A stretch of 64,000 bases of DNA, taken from the NCBI RefSeq assembly GCF_036588685.1, contig NC_086382.1, forward strand, positions 45,818,001-45,882,000. Direction: 5' to 3'. Below are positions 13,101-40,953 of this stretch, piece by piece. Position numbers and translations under genes: made by a program. Source of the DNA: Mytilus trossulus (taxonomy: Eukaryota). The first letter of the stretch is position 1; every line of letters begins with the position of its first letter. A model generated the notes under the pieces. It did not search any database. It saw nothing but the letters and a program-made list of their open reading frames with translations, and was not told where the DNA came from.

Positions 13101-16100
13101 TTTTGTCTTGCTTGCCCACCTTTTTTATTAAGTATTTATCAATCTGAATCTCGATACAAAATTTAAAGAAATGACTTCCGGTAAATGATGGATAAAACCT
13201 AATCGACAATCCCAGGTCAATGGACAAAGCCAATGCAATGTAACGCGAATCAGGTTCGCATACTTATTTTTATTTATTTTGGTAATCGATCTATTTCAGG
13301 TATCATGTAATATTTATCGTCATGAACATTGATGTTTTTACTTGCTGAACATTGGTTTCTTTTACATAAATTAAACTTCTTTATACGTTTTGAAATTAAT
13401 TTTATGTTTTTGTTGGATTTGAACTTTGTCTTGTATATTTTTTTACTTGTCCACGGGCAACCAAGACAAAAATAATTACTCGTCCGGTTGTTCAAATGTA
13501 CGAGTCGGGCGAGTCAGGCATAGCATTTCCACACCCCTGTATCAGGTTGAGAACAACCCACCCTCAAACAAGGGGTCATTTTACTGATGTAGAAAGAAAA
13601 TAGAAATACCAACATGACCAAGGATTTGTTTAGTTCTTATATACAAAACCTTTGAAAACTTAGAATTTTGTACTCAAAAAGAGGAGAGTTACATCATATT
13701 TTAAACAACTTTTTCTAAAAGAGGAGTCCACTTATTTTGAATAATTATTAAACTGTTAAAGTAAATGTGTTAACATGGTTAAAGTCCAGGAATTTTACAA
13801 AAAATCTTGGACATGTTTTGACCATTTTATACCAGATAGATATATAGTTCTTTGAGAAAATATGAACCCTTTTGTACAAACAAATATATTAAAACTTATA
13901 TTGATCCCTCATAAAACATGTAAAAGGAATAAATTTATAAGGGTTGCCCCCAAACTGAATATGACTTGGATGGAGAATTGTCTCATTGTCATACATAGAC
14001 CAGTTTTAATTATTTCTTGGTGAATAGGGAAACAATTCTTCAGAAATTAAAGAAATGTCAAAGCGCAAGTGATATATCAAGTTTTAATATTGTCAAAACC
14101 TACTTTTCCATGTTTACAAAAAAAAAATTATAACCGCTCGCCTCTACTTTTCAAGCTTCGCCACAAAAATTTGCAAATTGAATATTTTTTTATTAAAATT
14201 TTCAAATCGCTCGTTCGCCCCAAATTTTGGAGTCCAAAAATCCGTAGAACAAGAAATTAAATTGGTGTTCATATTTCATATTTAAAAATATTTATACATG
14301 ACTTCTGATAATTTTCATAATTCATTTATTTTCTTAAAAGGAAAAAGGAGATACGACAGAAAACAAAGTGGGTACGGTGGACAAACCAAGCCTATTTTCA
14401 GAAAAAAGGTAATTTAAAATATCAAAGAATATACAAATATAAATGGCATATGTCAGAGATTCAGAGAAATTGCAGACTTCCATTTAGATCAACAACAAAA
14501 AAGAAAGCATGGTATAAATAGAGTCATATAGGTAATATGACAGAAAACCATTAACACCAACAATTAGACATCCGAGGTAAATTCAAGCAAAATTCAAGAG
14601 AGATACAATGTAAGATCTATAAGGTACTTTCTAGTTATTTCCTTAGACATGTGAAAAGTTCATCTAAGTTTTATGCTAAAGTGTTGATTATTATATTCCA
14701 GATAGATGAAGATAAGAAATTTAGGCGAAATATTTAAAATTTGAGAAAATCAACTGGATTTTAACCAAATTAAGGACCAGAAAACAACTAAATATTCAAG
14801 TTAGACATGTATAATGTCTTACAAACATTATTTTAAAAGATATTTTTTGTCTATGTATGCACTCTGTTTTCTGTCCAATAATCAATGGAAATGAGTACTA
14901 TTTGTGACTTCATGTATAACATGCATGCAAGTAAATTTTCAACAGTTTTTTTCTAGTCCCACAGTATTAAATAGTGTAGGAAAAGTTATGATTCATTGTG
15001 ATATTGGTCTATGAATCCTTATTTGTAATTTAAACTAGTAAAAATGGGCCATTTTAGGTTTAAGGGCATATTAGAATATACTCCTTTTATAATTATATCA
15101 AACTGCTTTCCATAAAAGATTATGATTTATTTAAATAATTAACAGGTTTATAACTGGATGTTAATGATTAGCTTGGTTAAAAAAGGAGTCTATTTTGTTT
15201 GATTTTATTGTAGGCCAAAACAACAAAGAAAATCACCTTGAGAATGGAATGTACTGGCTGTAAACACAGAAAACAGATTTCCATCAAGAGGTGCAAACAC
15301 TTTGAATTAGGAGGTGAAAAGAAGAGAAAGGTTAGTGTTGTTATTACCAAAGAGGAAGTGTCAGATGCAATAAGTCTACATTATGACCCATCTATCTTTT
15401 TAGTATGTCAAATATAGCAATTATTAAATCAGAAAAGATGATTGGCAGAAAAAAACTAGTTTATGTCCATTGCCCATGAAATCACTGAGTATTGCATTTC
15501 AATATACTTTAAACAAAATTGTTTGCATTAATACATGTATTTCAATCAAATATAATTCTTTCTAGCCAACTTTGCTGTTGTTTATTTCTGAAATTATCTG
15601 ATTATCTTGATATAGTAACGAAAGGGAAGATCGGTTTCATAGATATTCATCGATTTAAATTCTTAATTTCTCTATTTGCAAATTCAAAGTTAGACTCATA
15701 TTACCTTGTTTAATTTAAAAATTATATATATAAAAAGAAGATGTGGTATGATTGCAAATGAGAAAACTCTCCACAAGAGACCACAACGACACACAAATTA
15801 ACAACTATAGGTCACAGTATGGCCTTCAACAATGAGCTAAGCCCATACCACATAGTCGGCTATAAAAGGCCCCAGAATAACAATGTAAAATTATTCAAAC
15901 GAGAAAACTTATGGCCTTATTTATGTACTTAAATGTTGAATTCAACATGTTAATGTTAACCTAAATTGTGTATATGTACATGTATGTTTTAAAATCACCA
16001 TTTAGATATGCTCAGAACCAAATATTTTGGGAAATCCAAAACACTTGTGTTATTTGTATTTCAAATCTTAACATACAATTGTCAATTGAGCTTCTATGAT

Positions 16101-16168
16101 TGTGTTAATTTTTATGAAACTAATTTTTTTTTTTTCTGTATTTACAGGGACAGATGATCATGTTCTAG
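10177..16168 (+). CDS. RPL36A: 60S ribosomal protein L36a / L44 (eL42), copy 1, 106 aa
   Basis: Exons 10177-10179, 10844-10955, 14341-14408, 15214-15330, 16148-16168, all GT-AG, 321 nt. [112 protein letters not shown] at ~16189. Confidence 0.97.
11702..14268. mobile_element. Non-autonomous TIR DNA transposon in RPL36A copy 1 intron 2
   Basis: Left acaccaatttgattccttgttcgacgga versus right tccgtagaacaagaaattaaattggtgt (~28-bp imperfect TIR). No transposase ORF. Confidence 0.65.
12406..13539. mobile_element. Nested non-autonomous TIR element (CAGGGG termini, 5-bp TSD)
   Basis: caggggtgtggaaat ... atttccacacccctg, flanked by TATCA on both sides. Confidence 0.75.
14600..15084 (+). mobile_element. 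Degenerate copy of the Spy-type MITE in RPL36A copy 1 intron 3
   Basis: Colinear similarity to 35781-36357; ends ...atactcc|ttt. Left boundary unclear. Confidence 0.55.
15732..15925 (-). repeat. Short 3'-end copy of the abundant retroposon tail
   Basis: aaaaagaagatgtggtatgattgcaaatgag... same terminus as 37667. Confidence 0.8.
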
Positions 16169-16769
16169 AGTACAGATCCTTGTGTATAAATAAAGAAAAA
16201 AAGAAATATTGTGTACACTTCTTTCAAATGGCCTCTTCAATAAAAAAAAAACCCAACTTTGTTTGCGAAAGGCACAATTAAAAAAAAAACTTTCAGCAAC
16301 ACGAGGCTCAATGACGAGAAAAATTATTAGAACAAAACCATAGGTCATTAGTCAAAGGTTATGAACCATGTACACAATGCTTATTACCACCACACACAGA
16401 TCAAGTTTGAATTTAAGTAGCATCACTTTCATCGTTCTAAGAGTTGTGTTCCTTCATAAATGAGAAATGTGCTGAATTGGCCATTTCCACTCTTATTTCT
16501 TGTGTTTAAATATTTTAGATGTTTGTGAATAGATACTCATAATATCTATACAATGAGACATACTCAGGACACTGGTTATTGTAGCATCTGTGATGCTTTC
16601 CCAGTATTGAAAACATAAGAACCACAATACTGATTTTGTTGTTGTATTATAAAACTATTAGTAAAAAGATTGATATTTCAGAGGGTTGTAGACTTTACAC
16701 TCTATTCCTTATATACAGATACCTTATCTTCAAAGTTACCTTCTGATATATGCAGATGAGATTGTCTAA

Positions 16770-17022
16770 ATAAAATTGAGAATGGAAATGGGGAATGTGT
16801 CAAAGAGAGAACAACCCGACCATAGAGCAGACAACAGCCGAAGGTCAACAAGAGGTCTTCAATGCAGCGGGAAATTCCCTTTGGAAGCGTCCTTCAGCTG
16901 GCCCCTAAATAAATATATATACAAGTTCAGTGATAATGAACCCCATACTTAACTCCAAATTGACAAGAAACTAAAATTAAAAATAATACAAGACTGACAA
17001 AGGCCAGAGGCTCCTGACTTAG
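16770..17022 (-). repeat. Second short interspersed repeat family (another copy on + at ~19870-20157)
   Basis: taaaattgagaatggaaatggggaatgtgtcaaagagagaacaacccgacc... is the reverse complement of the 19870-20157 copy. Confidence 0.7.
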
Positions 17023-17889
17023 GATTTGGATATCAGTCCGACCGGTTCCATTGACCCTACCTCGTTTCATGGATCAAAGCTCTAGTTTCATCAATAGGTC
17101 TGTCAATGCGCAAGTATCTCCTTTACCTCATTTTCATGGTTCATTGGTCACTTAAATGTCAGAAGATTGATGCTCTGAAGCATTAGGTTTAGTGTATTTT
17201 TAAAAAAAAATGTAGTATGCAACAACTCAAGAGACCAAATGACAGAGAATTGACAGCTATAGGTCACCAAATGGTGCAACTAACCTGGGGCAGTGGTGTA
17301 ATCGTGCACCTTAAAAAGAACAGACTAAAAATCAATTGTAAAGGCTTAACTCATCAGAAGGATAGTAATACATGTAACAAAAACGTGGATGTGACTGGGT
17401 TCTTGCATATCCCAACAACAAAAAGACTTGAGTACAAATCGCTAGTTCAAAGCCAATAACAACTATTATAACAAAAAATCATGTATCTATGACTAAATGT
17501 CTGACTGGCTTCGAATTATTTTGATATTGTTAAATATAGCATACTTACAGTAAATAAAACTTGACGGTCAATTAAGCAGGAGAGAAATGTCTGTTTATGT
17601 GCTCGGGTGGTTACAACATGCATTTAGCCCTCGCATAACTATGAAAATAAGAGGTACAATTCGAAGCTAGAAGGTTGTGTTGCACAGGATCTCTACCAAT
17701 TGTACTATATTTATAGAAATAGCATCAAATAAGAATATCAAGATTTCAGAAGTGTAGTAGAAAATATGCCATTCAAATCATAATCGACCTATTGAAAAGA
17801 GGGTGGTAGCTTATAAAACTGCTATTGATTTCAAAGCAAGATAAAATGTTGTGTTTGGTTTCCCTTATCAAGAGGATACTGAATGGCAA

Positions 17890-18675
17890 TTTTTATACGA
17901 CGGTTGTATATTGCTATCACACTGTCGGCTTCGTATAAAGACACTTAGTTTATAACCTCAAAGGGAAGGCTGGGATCGATTTTGGGGGTTGTGGTCCTAA
18001 CAGTTTAGGAATATGGGGCCCAAATAAGCATTTTTCTGGTTTCCAGACAATATTTTATGGAATGGTGTATGGATCTCTCTGAAATTATACCACTAAGTTC
18101 CATACCAGAAAGGGATGGTTATGATTAGCTTTGGGGGTTATGTCTCAAACTGTTTAGGAATGAGGTGCAGAAAATGGCGAAAACAAGGGTGTCCTGGTTA
18201 ATGAACAATTACTTTTAATGAACATTTGGACTACACTGCTTTTAAATTATTGAATGGGTAATTATGGTTGTAAATTCCATTGGGAATTTGAATTGAGATT
18301 TTGACCATATCTTGAGGGAAAGATTTAATTTTTTTTAATTTTGGCGACAAAAAAAAAAACCAGTTTGGTCAGCTTAGTGTTGTGCACAAAACAAAAAAGG
18401 GGGGTAAACATTTTAAAATTAATTTTTGGGGGGTTAGGGAGGTCTATTTGCAACAGCATGGTGTTTTGCACAAAAGAAAAAAAATATATAAATTCAAATC
18501 ATGTAACCAATTCTAAGTTCTTTGACTACAGTTATTCTGTGTCAGAAACTTATTATGAGTCAAATACTTAATTACAATCCAAATTCAGACCTGTATCAAC
18601 TTCGAATATACCATGTTTGGTCCAACTGTTCAGGGTTAGCCCACTGTATCAAGCTGCGCTTGGCGACGCAATTTA
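17890..18675 (+). mobile_element. Degenerate Helentron-type non-autonomous element
   Basis: Starts ttttatacgac...gtatattgctatcac, has internal ~130-bp repeats, ends with hairpin gctgcgcttggcgacgca before a T-run. Confidence 0.5.
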
Positions 18676-19172
18676 TTTTTAACTGCAATCCGGACAACAA
18701 TGTACAATTTAAGGGTGTGATTACAATAACCTGCTGTGAACTAAGCCATCGAAATATAATACTTCATGTGATTTTAGAAAAAAATATCTGAAACTTTAAT
18801 AAAATTCATATATGTTACTTTTCAAGTTTATTTTTTGTTGTTCATTTCTGTTTATGAAGATAAATAATAAGCGACATACCGCATTAGGCAGGAGTATTCG
18901 AATATGAGATCTTTCAGAATAGTTTTAAAAAGATCTTCGATGTCGATGTTAAGCTGCTTATTTGTAGAAAGGAACCAACTTTTAAATCGATTATCAAATG
19001 ATCTCAAATGTATAGCGTGTTTATGCATACAACATCTGAACTTAGCTTGAAATACTTTTCTCAAGTAAGATAGTTCATAAAATAGGTCCTCCGTATATTG
19101 ATAAAACTACGTTTATCATATCGTATTTATTATTGCACAATCAGACACCAACATCCTAGTCAACTGGCCGAA

Positions 19173-34002
<14,830 letters not shown>

Positions 34003-34249
34003 ATCACAGAGGAAAATTGTTGGGAATAAATAAACTTGGATTAAATAAAGAAATTGATCTTACATATTATACTTGTTTCTGTAAAAGATATTTTTTGTTT
34101 ATTTTATTTAAGGTAAAAGTAACTATAATGGTAAGCATCAATTATTATGTAAACTGGTTCAAATACCCATTAGTAAATTACACGATATTTTCAAAGAGTG
34201 TAAGACCATCTCATTCTTCAGCCCACTGTATGAATATTCTCGTATAATT

Positions 34250-36950
34250 ACAGCTTTTTGCCACCATAGGCTGTTCCCGCGTATCGACAAACCTGAAGAT
34301 CATAAACGTCATTTTTTGAAAATTAAATATATTAGCAGAGGTATTGATTTTATCAACTTATCTAGTATATTTAATGACTCTACCGTTCAAAACTTTATAC
34401 CTCCCTATTTTGAAAATATAAAACCACCTATAATTTCATACACATACAAAAAAAACAGCAGAAGTTTAATTTTTAATTATACGTCGGTTACATCAGACGT
34501 GAATATAGATAGTAATACTCCCTTAACTTGAAACTGTGAATCGTCGAAGTTTAGATATGTTCCCTATGGCCATGTTATTACAGGGGACCTCAATATCGTC
34601 CAGGACAGAGAGGTTAAAAACTTTTTGAAAAAAGGACCAAAATATCGTCCTCCTTCTAAACTAGATTGGAAAGAGTGTCGTCAAGTCACCAAAGATGCTC
34701 TTTCCTCGTTTTGTAAAAAATGGTGTAAACGGGAAAAATCTGATAAGAAATCACTTGATTCTTATTTGAATAAATGTATGAATGTAGTAGATAAGAGAAT
34801 ATCATATTTTGAAAATAATTTAGAAGTAAATAATAGAGTACATAATACACCTATTTCCAGAATGAGAAATAAACTTCAAATACTTTCAAAGCGGTTTGTG
34901 TTTGTACCGGCCGTCAAAGCAGCCAACAATGTGGTGGTGGTTTCCCGCAAATACTACACGGACGTTCAAATGAAGATTAAGAATGAAATTTTAAATTCAT
35001 TTACATTCAAGTCCATCCGCTCCACAGAGAGTCATATAGTAAACAAGCATATCACAACCACATCAAAGCTTAAGGCGTATTGGCTACCTAAACTACACAA
35101 AAAACCATTTAAATATCGTTTCATCTCGGCCTCTAGTAAGTGTTCTACAACTAATCTTTCAGTGCTCTTAACTAGTTCATTAACTACTATTAAAGAGCTT
35201 ATCATAAACTATTGTAATAAAATATATGAACATAGTGGTATAAACCATTTTTGGAGTGTAAACAATTCTTTGGATGTTTTAGATAAATTACGTGCTTTTG
35301 ATGGTCCTTTTGATTCTGTTTATAGTTTTGATTTTTCTACTCTTTACACTACACTTCCACACTATCTTATTAAACAAAAGTTTTCCTATTTAATTAAATG
35401 GTCGTTTGGTTAAGCTGAATGTAGATATATTTGCTGCAACTCATTTAAAGCCTTCTTCTCTAATGAGAAAGGTAAATATGCTAGATATACTTACTGGAGG
35501 TGTGATGAGATGATTGAAGCTGTTAATTTTTTCCTTGATGATATTTATGTTCGTTTCGGCAACAAAGTTTATCGACAGGTTGTAGGTATCCCCATGGGCA
35601 CTAATTGTGCCCCTTTAATAGCAGACTTGTTTTTGTACTGTTATGAATCACAGTTCATGACTTAACTCAGTAAAGACCATTCGAAATTGCATTTAATTGA
35701 TAAATTCAACAACACTTACCGTTATCTTGATGATATTTTTTCGTTAAATAATCAAGAATTTTCTCAATATACTGCTGAAAGGAGTAAGTTCGGTAAGGGC
35801 CATATTTGGCCCCAATTGTAAAGTTCATAGTTAGAAGACAATAATTGTTTTAAGTTGCCCTAAAGACATGTGAGAAAGTTAAAACATAACTGTTTTTGTC
35901 AAAGTTTAATTCTAACACGTTGATTTTACATCCCAAAAAGGTAAAGATAGGGGATTTTGTTGAAATTTGACAAAATCAGCTGGATGTCAACCAAATAAAG
36001 GACAAGGAAACATAGAGCGCAGGCGTCCACTAGATTAATATTCAAATAAGACATGTGAAATGTCTTCACAAACATTATTTTAAAAGATCTTTGTTGTCGA
36101 CGTATGCGCTCTATTTATCCTGTCCAATAATCTATGGAAATTTACCCATTTTCATTGTTTTTTCCGTGAAAAATCAATATGAGTACAACTTGTGACGTCA
36201 TAATGAAACGCAGAAACGTAAAATTTTCAACAAAATGGCTTGTATCCTATCTAGTCAATGTATTAGCTAAAATTTATCGTGATATTGGTCAATAAATCAG
36301 AATTTGAACTTTACGTTTAAAAAGGGGGGCATTTTAGGATCTTATCGAACATACTCCTTTACCCCAAGGAACTTACTTTAAATAAATCAAATTTATTCGG
36401 TAATAATTGTCCTTTTCTGGATTTAGATATTTCGGTTTTAAACGGGAAACTCCACACTAAAATTGACGACAAAAGAGACGATTTTTCGGTCCCTATTGTA
36501 AATTTTCCATTTTTAGATGGTGACGTTCCTTTGGCAACATCTTACGGTGTTTATATTTCACAACTTGTTCGCTATGCCCGTGTCTGTTGTGACGTTTTTG
36601 ATTTTAACGAACGCAACCTATGTATTACTGGTCAATTATTAAACCAGGGATATCGTTACCCAAAATTACTTAAAACCTTTACTAAATTTTTCCATAGATA
36701 TAAAGATTTGGTTTTGAAGTTTGGTTGTACCTGTAGAAAACTTATTTCAAACGGGATAGCACATCCTCCTTTTTACGGAAATTTTGTTATCCGTGCCCGG
36801 AAATTTAGAAATGATCCATGTAAACTTGTCGCTACTTTAAATAAACTTATTCTAAAAGGTTACCTATTCAACACTGTAATAAGATCATTGAATATTGTTT
36901 TTATTGGTATAAATATTGATTTTGTTATCAGTAAATTAAAAGCTAACTAA
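34250..36950 (+). pseudogene. Reverse transcriptase pseudogene (PLE-like, no endonuclease in the retained part)
   Basis: GHVITGDL, KGPKYR, YWLPKLHK..YRFI, DFSTLYTTLPH, GIPMGTNCAPLIADLFLY, RYLDD (~35720-35735), FLDL, DKRDDF, SYGVYISQLVRYAR. Stops at 34529, 35411, ~35662; MITE inserted at 35781. Confidence 0.88.
35781..36357 (+). mobile_element. Spy-type MITE (AAA|TTT insertion, no TSD)
   Basis: ggagtaagttcggtaagggcc ... ggatcttatcgaacatactcc. Removing it restores the RT frame gaa a|tt tac ccc aag gaa (EIYPKE). Confidence 0.8.
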
Positions 36951-38108
36951 ATATTACTAGTATGTTATATGCATATACATATTCATGGATCTACAATCTG
37001 TCGATACCTGTAACTTGGCATTGCACAAGGTCATGTTTTTCTCAAGCTGTTTATGACGTCTTTACACTAAATCCATTGGATGTTGAATGTGTACGGATTG
37101 ATAGTTTAGTCTTAGATGCATGATTTTTTTATAAGTTGTTAGTGGCTTTGAACTAGCTGTCAGATAACTGCGAGTACTATTAGATCTGTTCACTGTGTCT
37201 TTTTGTGTCGGGATGTATAAGTACCGGGCCACGTCCACTTGTATTTTTGTCCATCTGATGAGTTAAGCCTTTTTCAACTGATTTTTATAGGTCGTTCTTA
37301 TGTTGTACTGTTATACCACTGTCCCAGGTTAGGGGGAGGGTTGGGATCCCGCTAACATGTTTAACCCCGCCACATTATTTATGTATGTGCCTGTCCCAAG
37401 TCAGGAGCCTGTAATTCAGTGGTTGTCGTTTGTTTATGTGTTACATATTTGTTTTTCGTTCATTTTTTTACAAAAATAAGGCCGTTTGTTTTCTCGTTTA
37501 AATTGTTTTACATTGTCTTATCGGGGCCTTTTATAGCTGACTATGCGGTATGGGCTTTGCTCATTGTTGAAGGCCGTACGGTGACCTATAGTTGTTAATG
37601 TCTGTGTCATTTTGGTCTTGTGTGGATAGTTGTCTCATTGGCAATCATACCACATCTTCTTTTTTATATACTTTATAGGTGTGGTCATTGTCAGAATTCT
37701 GATTTTTATTTCTGGGAGTATTATAAGGTATGGAGGGTACATGGTTTGTCCGGCTTATTAGCTTTGCATTTTATAAGGATTATGTTATCCTAAAAAGTCC
37801 TAAAAACAAAATTCATAAAATAAAGGGTTTTTGCAGAACAACTATTTTTCAAGGAGTTTTGCCATTGGAAATATGAATTATATCCGTCCGTTAGTGTTAT
37901 AAACCATCTTACCGTTAACATTGCCATACAAGTAGGGGGTTTGGCTATCTATGAAACCAGGTTTAACCCATGCACCATTTGTTCTTAAAATGTCCTGTAC
38001 CAAGTCAGGTATATGTCAGTTGTTGTCAAATAGTCCATTTCTATGCATTTTGGCGTTTGTTTATGTTGCACAATTCAGTGTTTCTGATGTTCCGTAGTTT
38101 CCTCTTAT

Positions 38109-38269
38109 AGAGGGGGGAGGGGGAGGAACTTTACCGGGACACCGGGATCGGTTGTTTTTAAGCTCGGAATTGACCCTTTCGGGATCCGGGAATTCGTTTT
38201 TTCGAATTTCGGGTGGAGGATTTTTTTTTTTAATTCGGGATCAGGACCCCTCCTACCCCCTCCCCCTCT
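38109..38269. mobile_element. Small MITE with G-rich TIRs
   Basis: agaggggggaggggg ... ccccctccccctct, with TAT duplicated on both sides. Confidence 0.6.
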
Positions 38270-40953
38270 TATAGGTGATGTGTTTTCTCGGGTTTTTTTT
38301 AAACCCAGATTAAGGACTTTCTGTTGTTTTTGTTGACCATCAGTTCTTTGGTGACGACGTTTGTTTTGATTCAGCAAAAGTAAAAACCCACACATAGAAC
38401 ATAAGTTATATTCAGGGAAAATCAAGAATGACGAAAGGAGAGTGGCCTTTTGAATATCACGAACCGATCATCTGCGATAAAGACATCAACGTATCAGTTA
38501 ACAAATTATTGTGTTGATAATAAAACAAATAATTGATTAGCTTTTTTAAGGACTTTCCTTTTTGAATTTTCCTCGGAGTTCAGTATTTTTGTGATTATAT
38601 TTTTAACAAGAAATATATTAATTTACATTGTGATGCTGCTAAAAGGTTGATGCATGAGGCAAAATGAAATCAGTGCAGCATCGATTGCTGGTGAAAAAAA
38701 AATCGGTCGTATTAGCTGAGTTGCTTTCACATCCATAATTTTATATTTTGCAATACATAATTTCAGTATGTGAAGTAGAATAACATTCATAGCACTCAGT
38801 GTTTATCTCACTCAGTGATTGTATCAAAAAGACTTCCAAGAAAAATGTGATCTCCGAATGTACAGAGGACTTAAAGTGTTACTTTACAATTAAACTCATT
38901 AAACATTCTGGTAAAAGGGCCCAACGCGTTGGTGATCTTCATTATCTCCCATCTTTCATAATATCATGCAAACAGTTAGTTAATTAATAGATAAACATTA
39001 CATCAAAAGGAATTTGGTTAAACTTTCCGTCTCCTATGTTTAAGGAGGGTTCAAAGTGCCAGTTTGATATTCAAAATATATAGTGAAAACCTAGAATATA
39101 GTGAGACCGTTTTGAGACCCCCTGATTTATCGATGTCCATAAAACTGCATCGGGGAGGTCTAGCCATCGCTTTGTGCCTTTTAACCTGATTGTTGGACAA
39201 TATTTAGCTGAAAAACAAGAGAACCCAAATTACTTTTGGTGTCATTTACATTTATATATTGACTTACTATCTGCACAACTCTATTATTATATAAAATTAG
39301 GAGACACAGGGAGGTATCGCCCTGTGGTTGACCTTTAATACCTGAATTTTCGACGATTTTTTGCCGAAAAGGGATATTTGTATTTTGTCTTTCCATTAGA
39401 AAATATAATATATATTTTCAAATGTTACAAGAGTGGTTGTTTGTTTTTGTTACCTCACATAGCATATGTTAAGGTGCATTTTTAATTGCATTTTATGATA
39501 ACAATCTTAATTTAATAAATCAATATGCGATCTCCATGAAGGTATTTATTTTTAGGACAACGAGAATTTACGACAGCTTAAAGGGGCTACACACGATTTC
39601 TTACCTATCGTTTTACTTTTTATTCACGACAAGCATGTTATTGGATTTAATGGTATTGAAATTTAAATTTGTAAAGTTTTCAACTAAGAAATTTGAATAT
39701 CGAACCCATTGCTAGCTATCGGTTGGATATTGAATAACGAATAACGCGGCCACTAAGTAAACTAAAAATACATGTGTTTATGGAAAACCATGGGTTTTAA
39801 TGTTTCTAATTTTTATAAAATGAATTGTTCAGCTACAGCTATAGTGTGCTGTATTATTCATGAAATACAAATTTTTGGCAAACAGGTGAACCACGAATTG
39901 AAATATTCACCAAGGTACAAATTGTCTATCGACCTGAATGCAGACTTTGTCAACCAAAGTTTGTACCAAAACAATCTTATTGACACTGGAATCATAAAAG
40001 TTGAAAAGCAAAATAGAATTCGAAGTTGAAACGCATATTAAGGGCCAAAAACTCCAAAAGGTTAAACTGGTATACCGCTGTTCAATAGTCATAAATCCAT
40101 TGCAAGGGAAAAAAATCTGGGCTACAAACTAAAACAGAGAAAATCACATCGACCATAAGAGGAAAACATCGGAACATCAGAAACACTTAAGTGCAACAAA
40201 AACTAACGCCAATGCAACATACATAGAAACGAACTATTTGATAACAGCTGCCATATTCCTGACTTGATATAGGTCATTTTAAGAAAAAATGGTGGACTGA
40301 ACCTGATATTATTGCTAGCCAAACTTCGCGGTGAATGGTCATTGAAATAATACTGCTAATTTCAACATTACTTGACAGGAACCCAGTACAGATAAATACA
40401 AGAACACACAGGACAGAGAAATTACATCAATAAATAATACAATAGTATATTTGGACAAACGCAGTTAAGGTAAATAACATTTAACAAAAGTTATGAAATG
40501 GTTGAGCATATCTTTCTCTTCTTTAGAAAGAACGGTTTAAGCATTGTAAAGTGAATTAGTGTAACAAAAATACCGAACTGAAAAGTAAATTAAAAAAACC
40601 GGGACAAAATCAACAAATTGAGCGAATGGCAAACAACTGTCATATTCTTGACTTGGTACATACATTTATCGTAACCCTTTTATAGCACCTACCACACATT
40701 AATGTACAATATATTGTTTATCAATATTGTCTGCTGTTTTGATGGTTTCTATCAAATTAATAATGTACTTGTAGTGCTCTTTTTCAGTTTAAGTAGAAAA
40801 TATAACCTTGTATCTAATCCATCTCAATCATATTCTCTCGTGACAAAATTCTTCGTTATTGCCGCTATTCTGTCAATTATAATGAAATCTAAAATGAAAA
40901 GATAACCTCTTCAAGAGCTAAAGTCATCATTTCGGTTTTACGGACGTTATCAT

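Larger units (their letters stand above)
34190..37667 (+). mobile_element. Degenerate, 5'-truncated Penelope-related RT retroelement with a ~720-bp 3' tail
   Basis: RT motifs over 34250-36950, then a non-coding tail ending ...gcaatcataccacatcttctttttt that recurs as short copies across the window. Confidence 0.8.

Noticed and set aside
34529-34531. In-frame TGA at a Cys-like position (PLT*NC) of the RT, suggesting selenocysteine as in Naiad PLEs
   Set aside because: The same frame also has TAA stops (35411, ~35662) and a MITE insertion, so decay explains it. No SECIS was identified.
37253-37300. CTGATGAG in the retroposon tail as a hammerhead core
   Set aside because: No matching stem II-GAAA-stem III-NUH could be found downstream.
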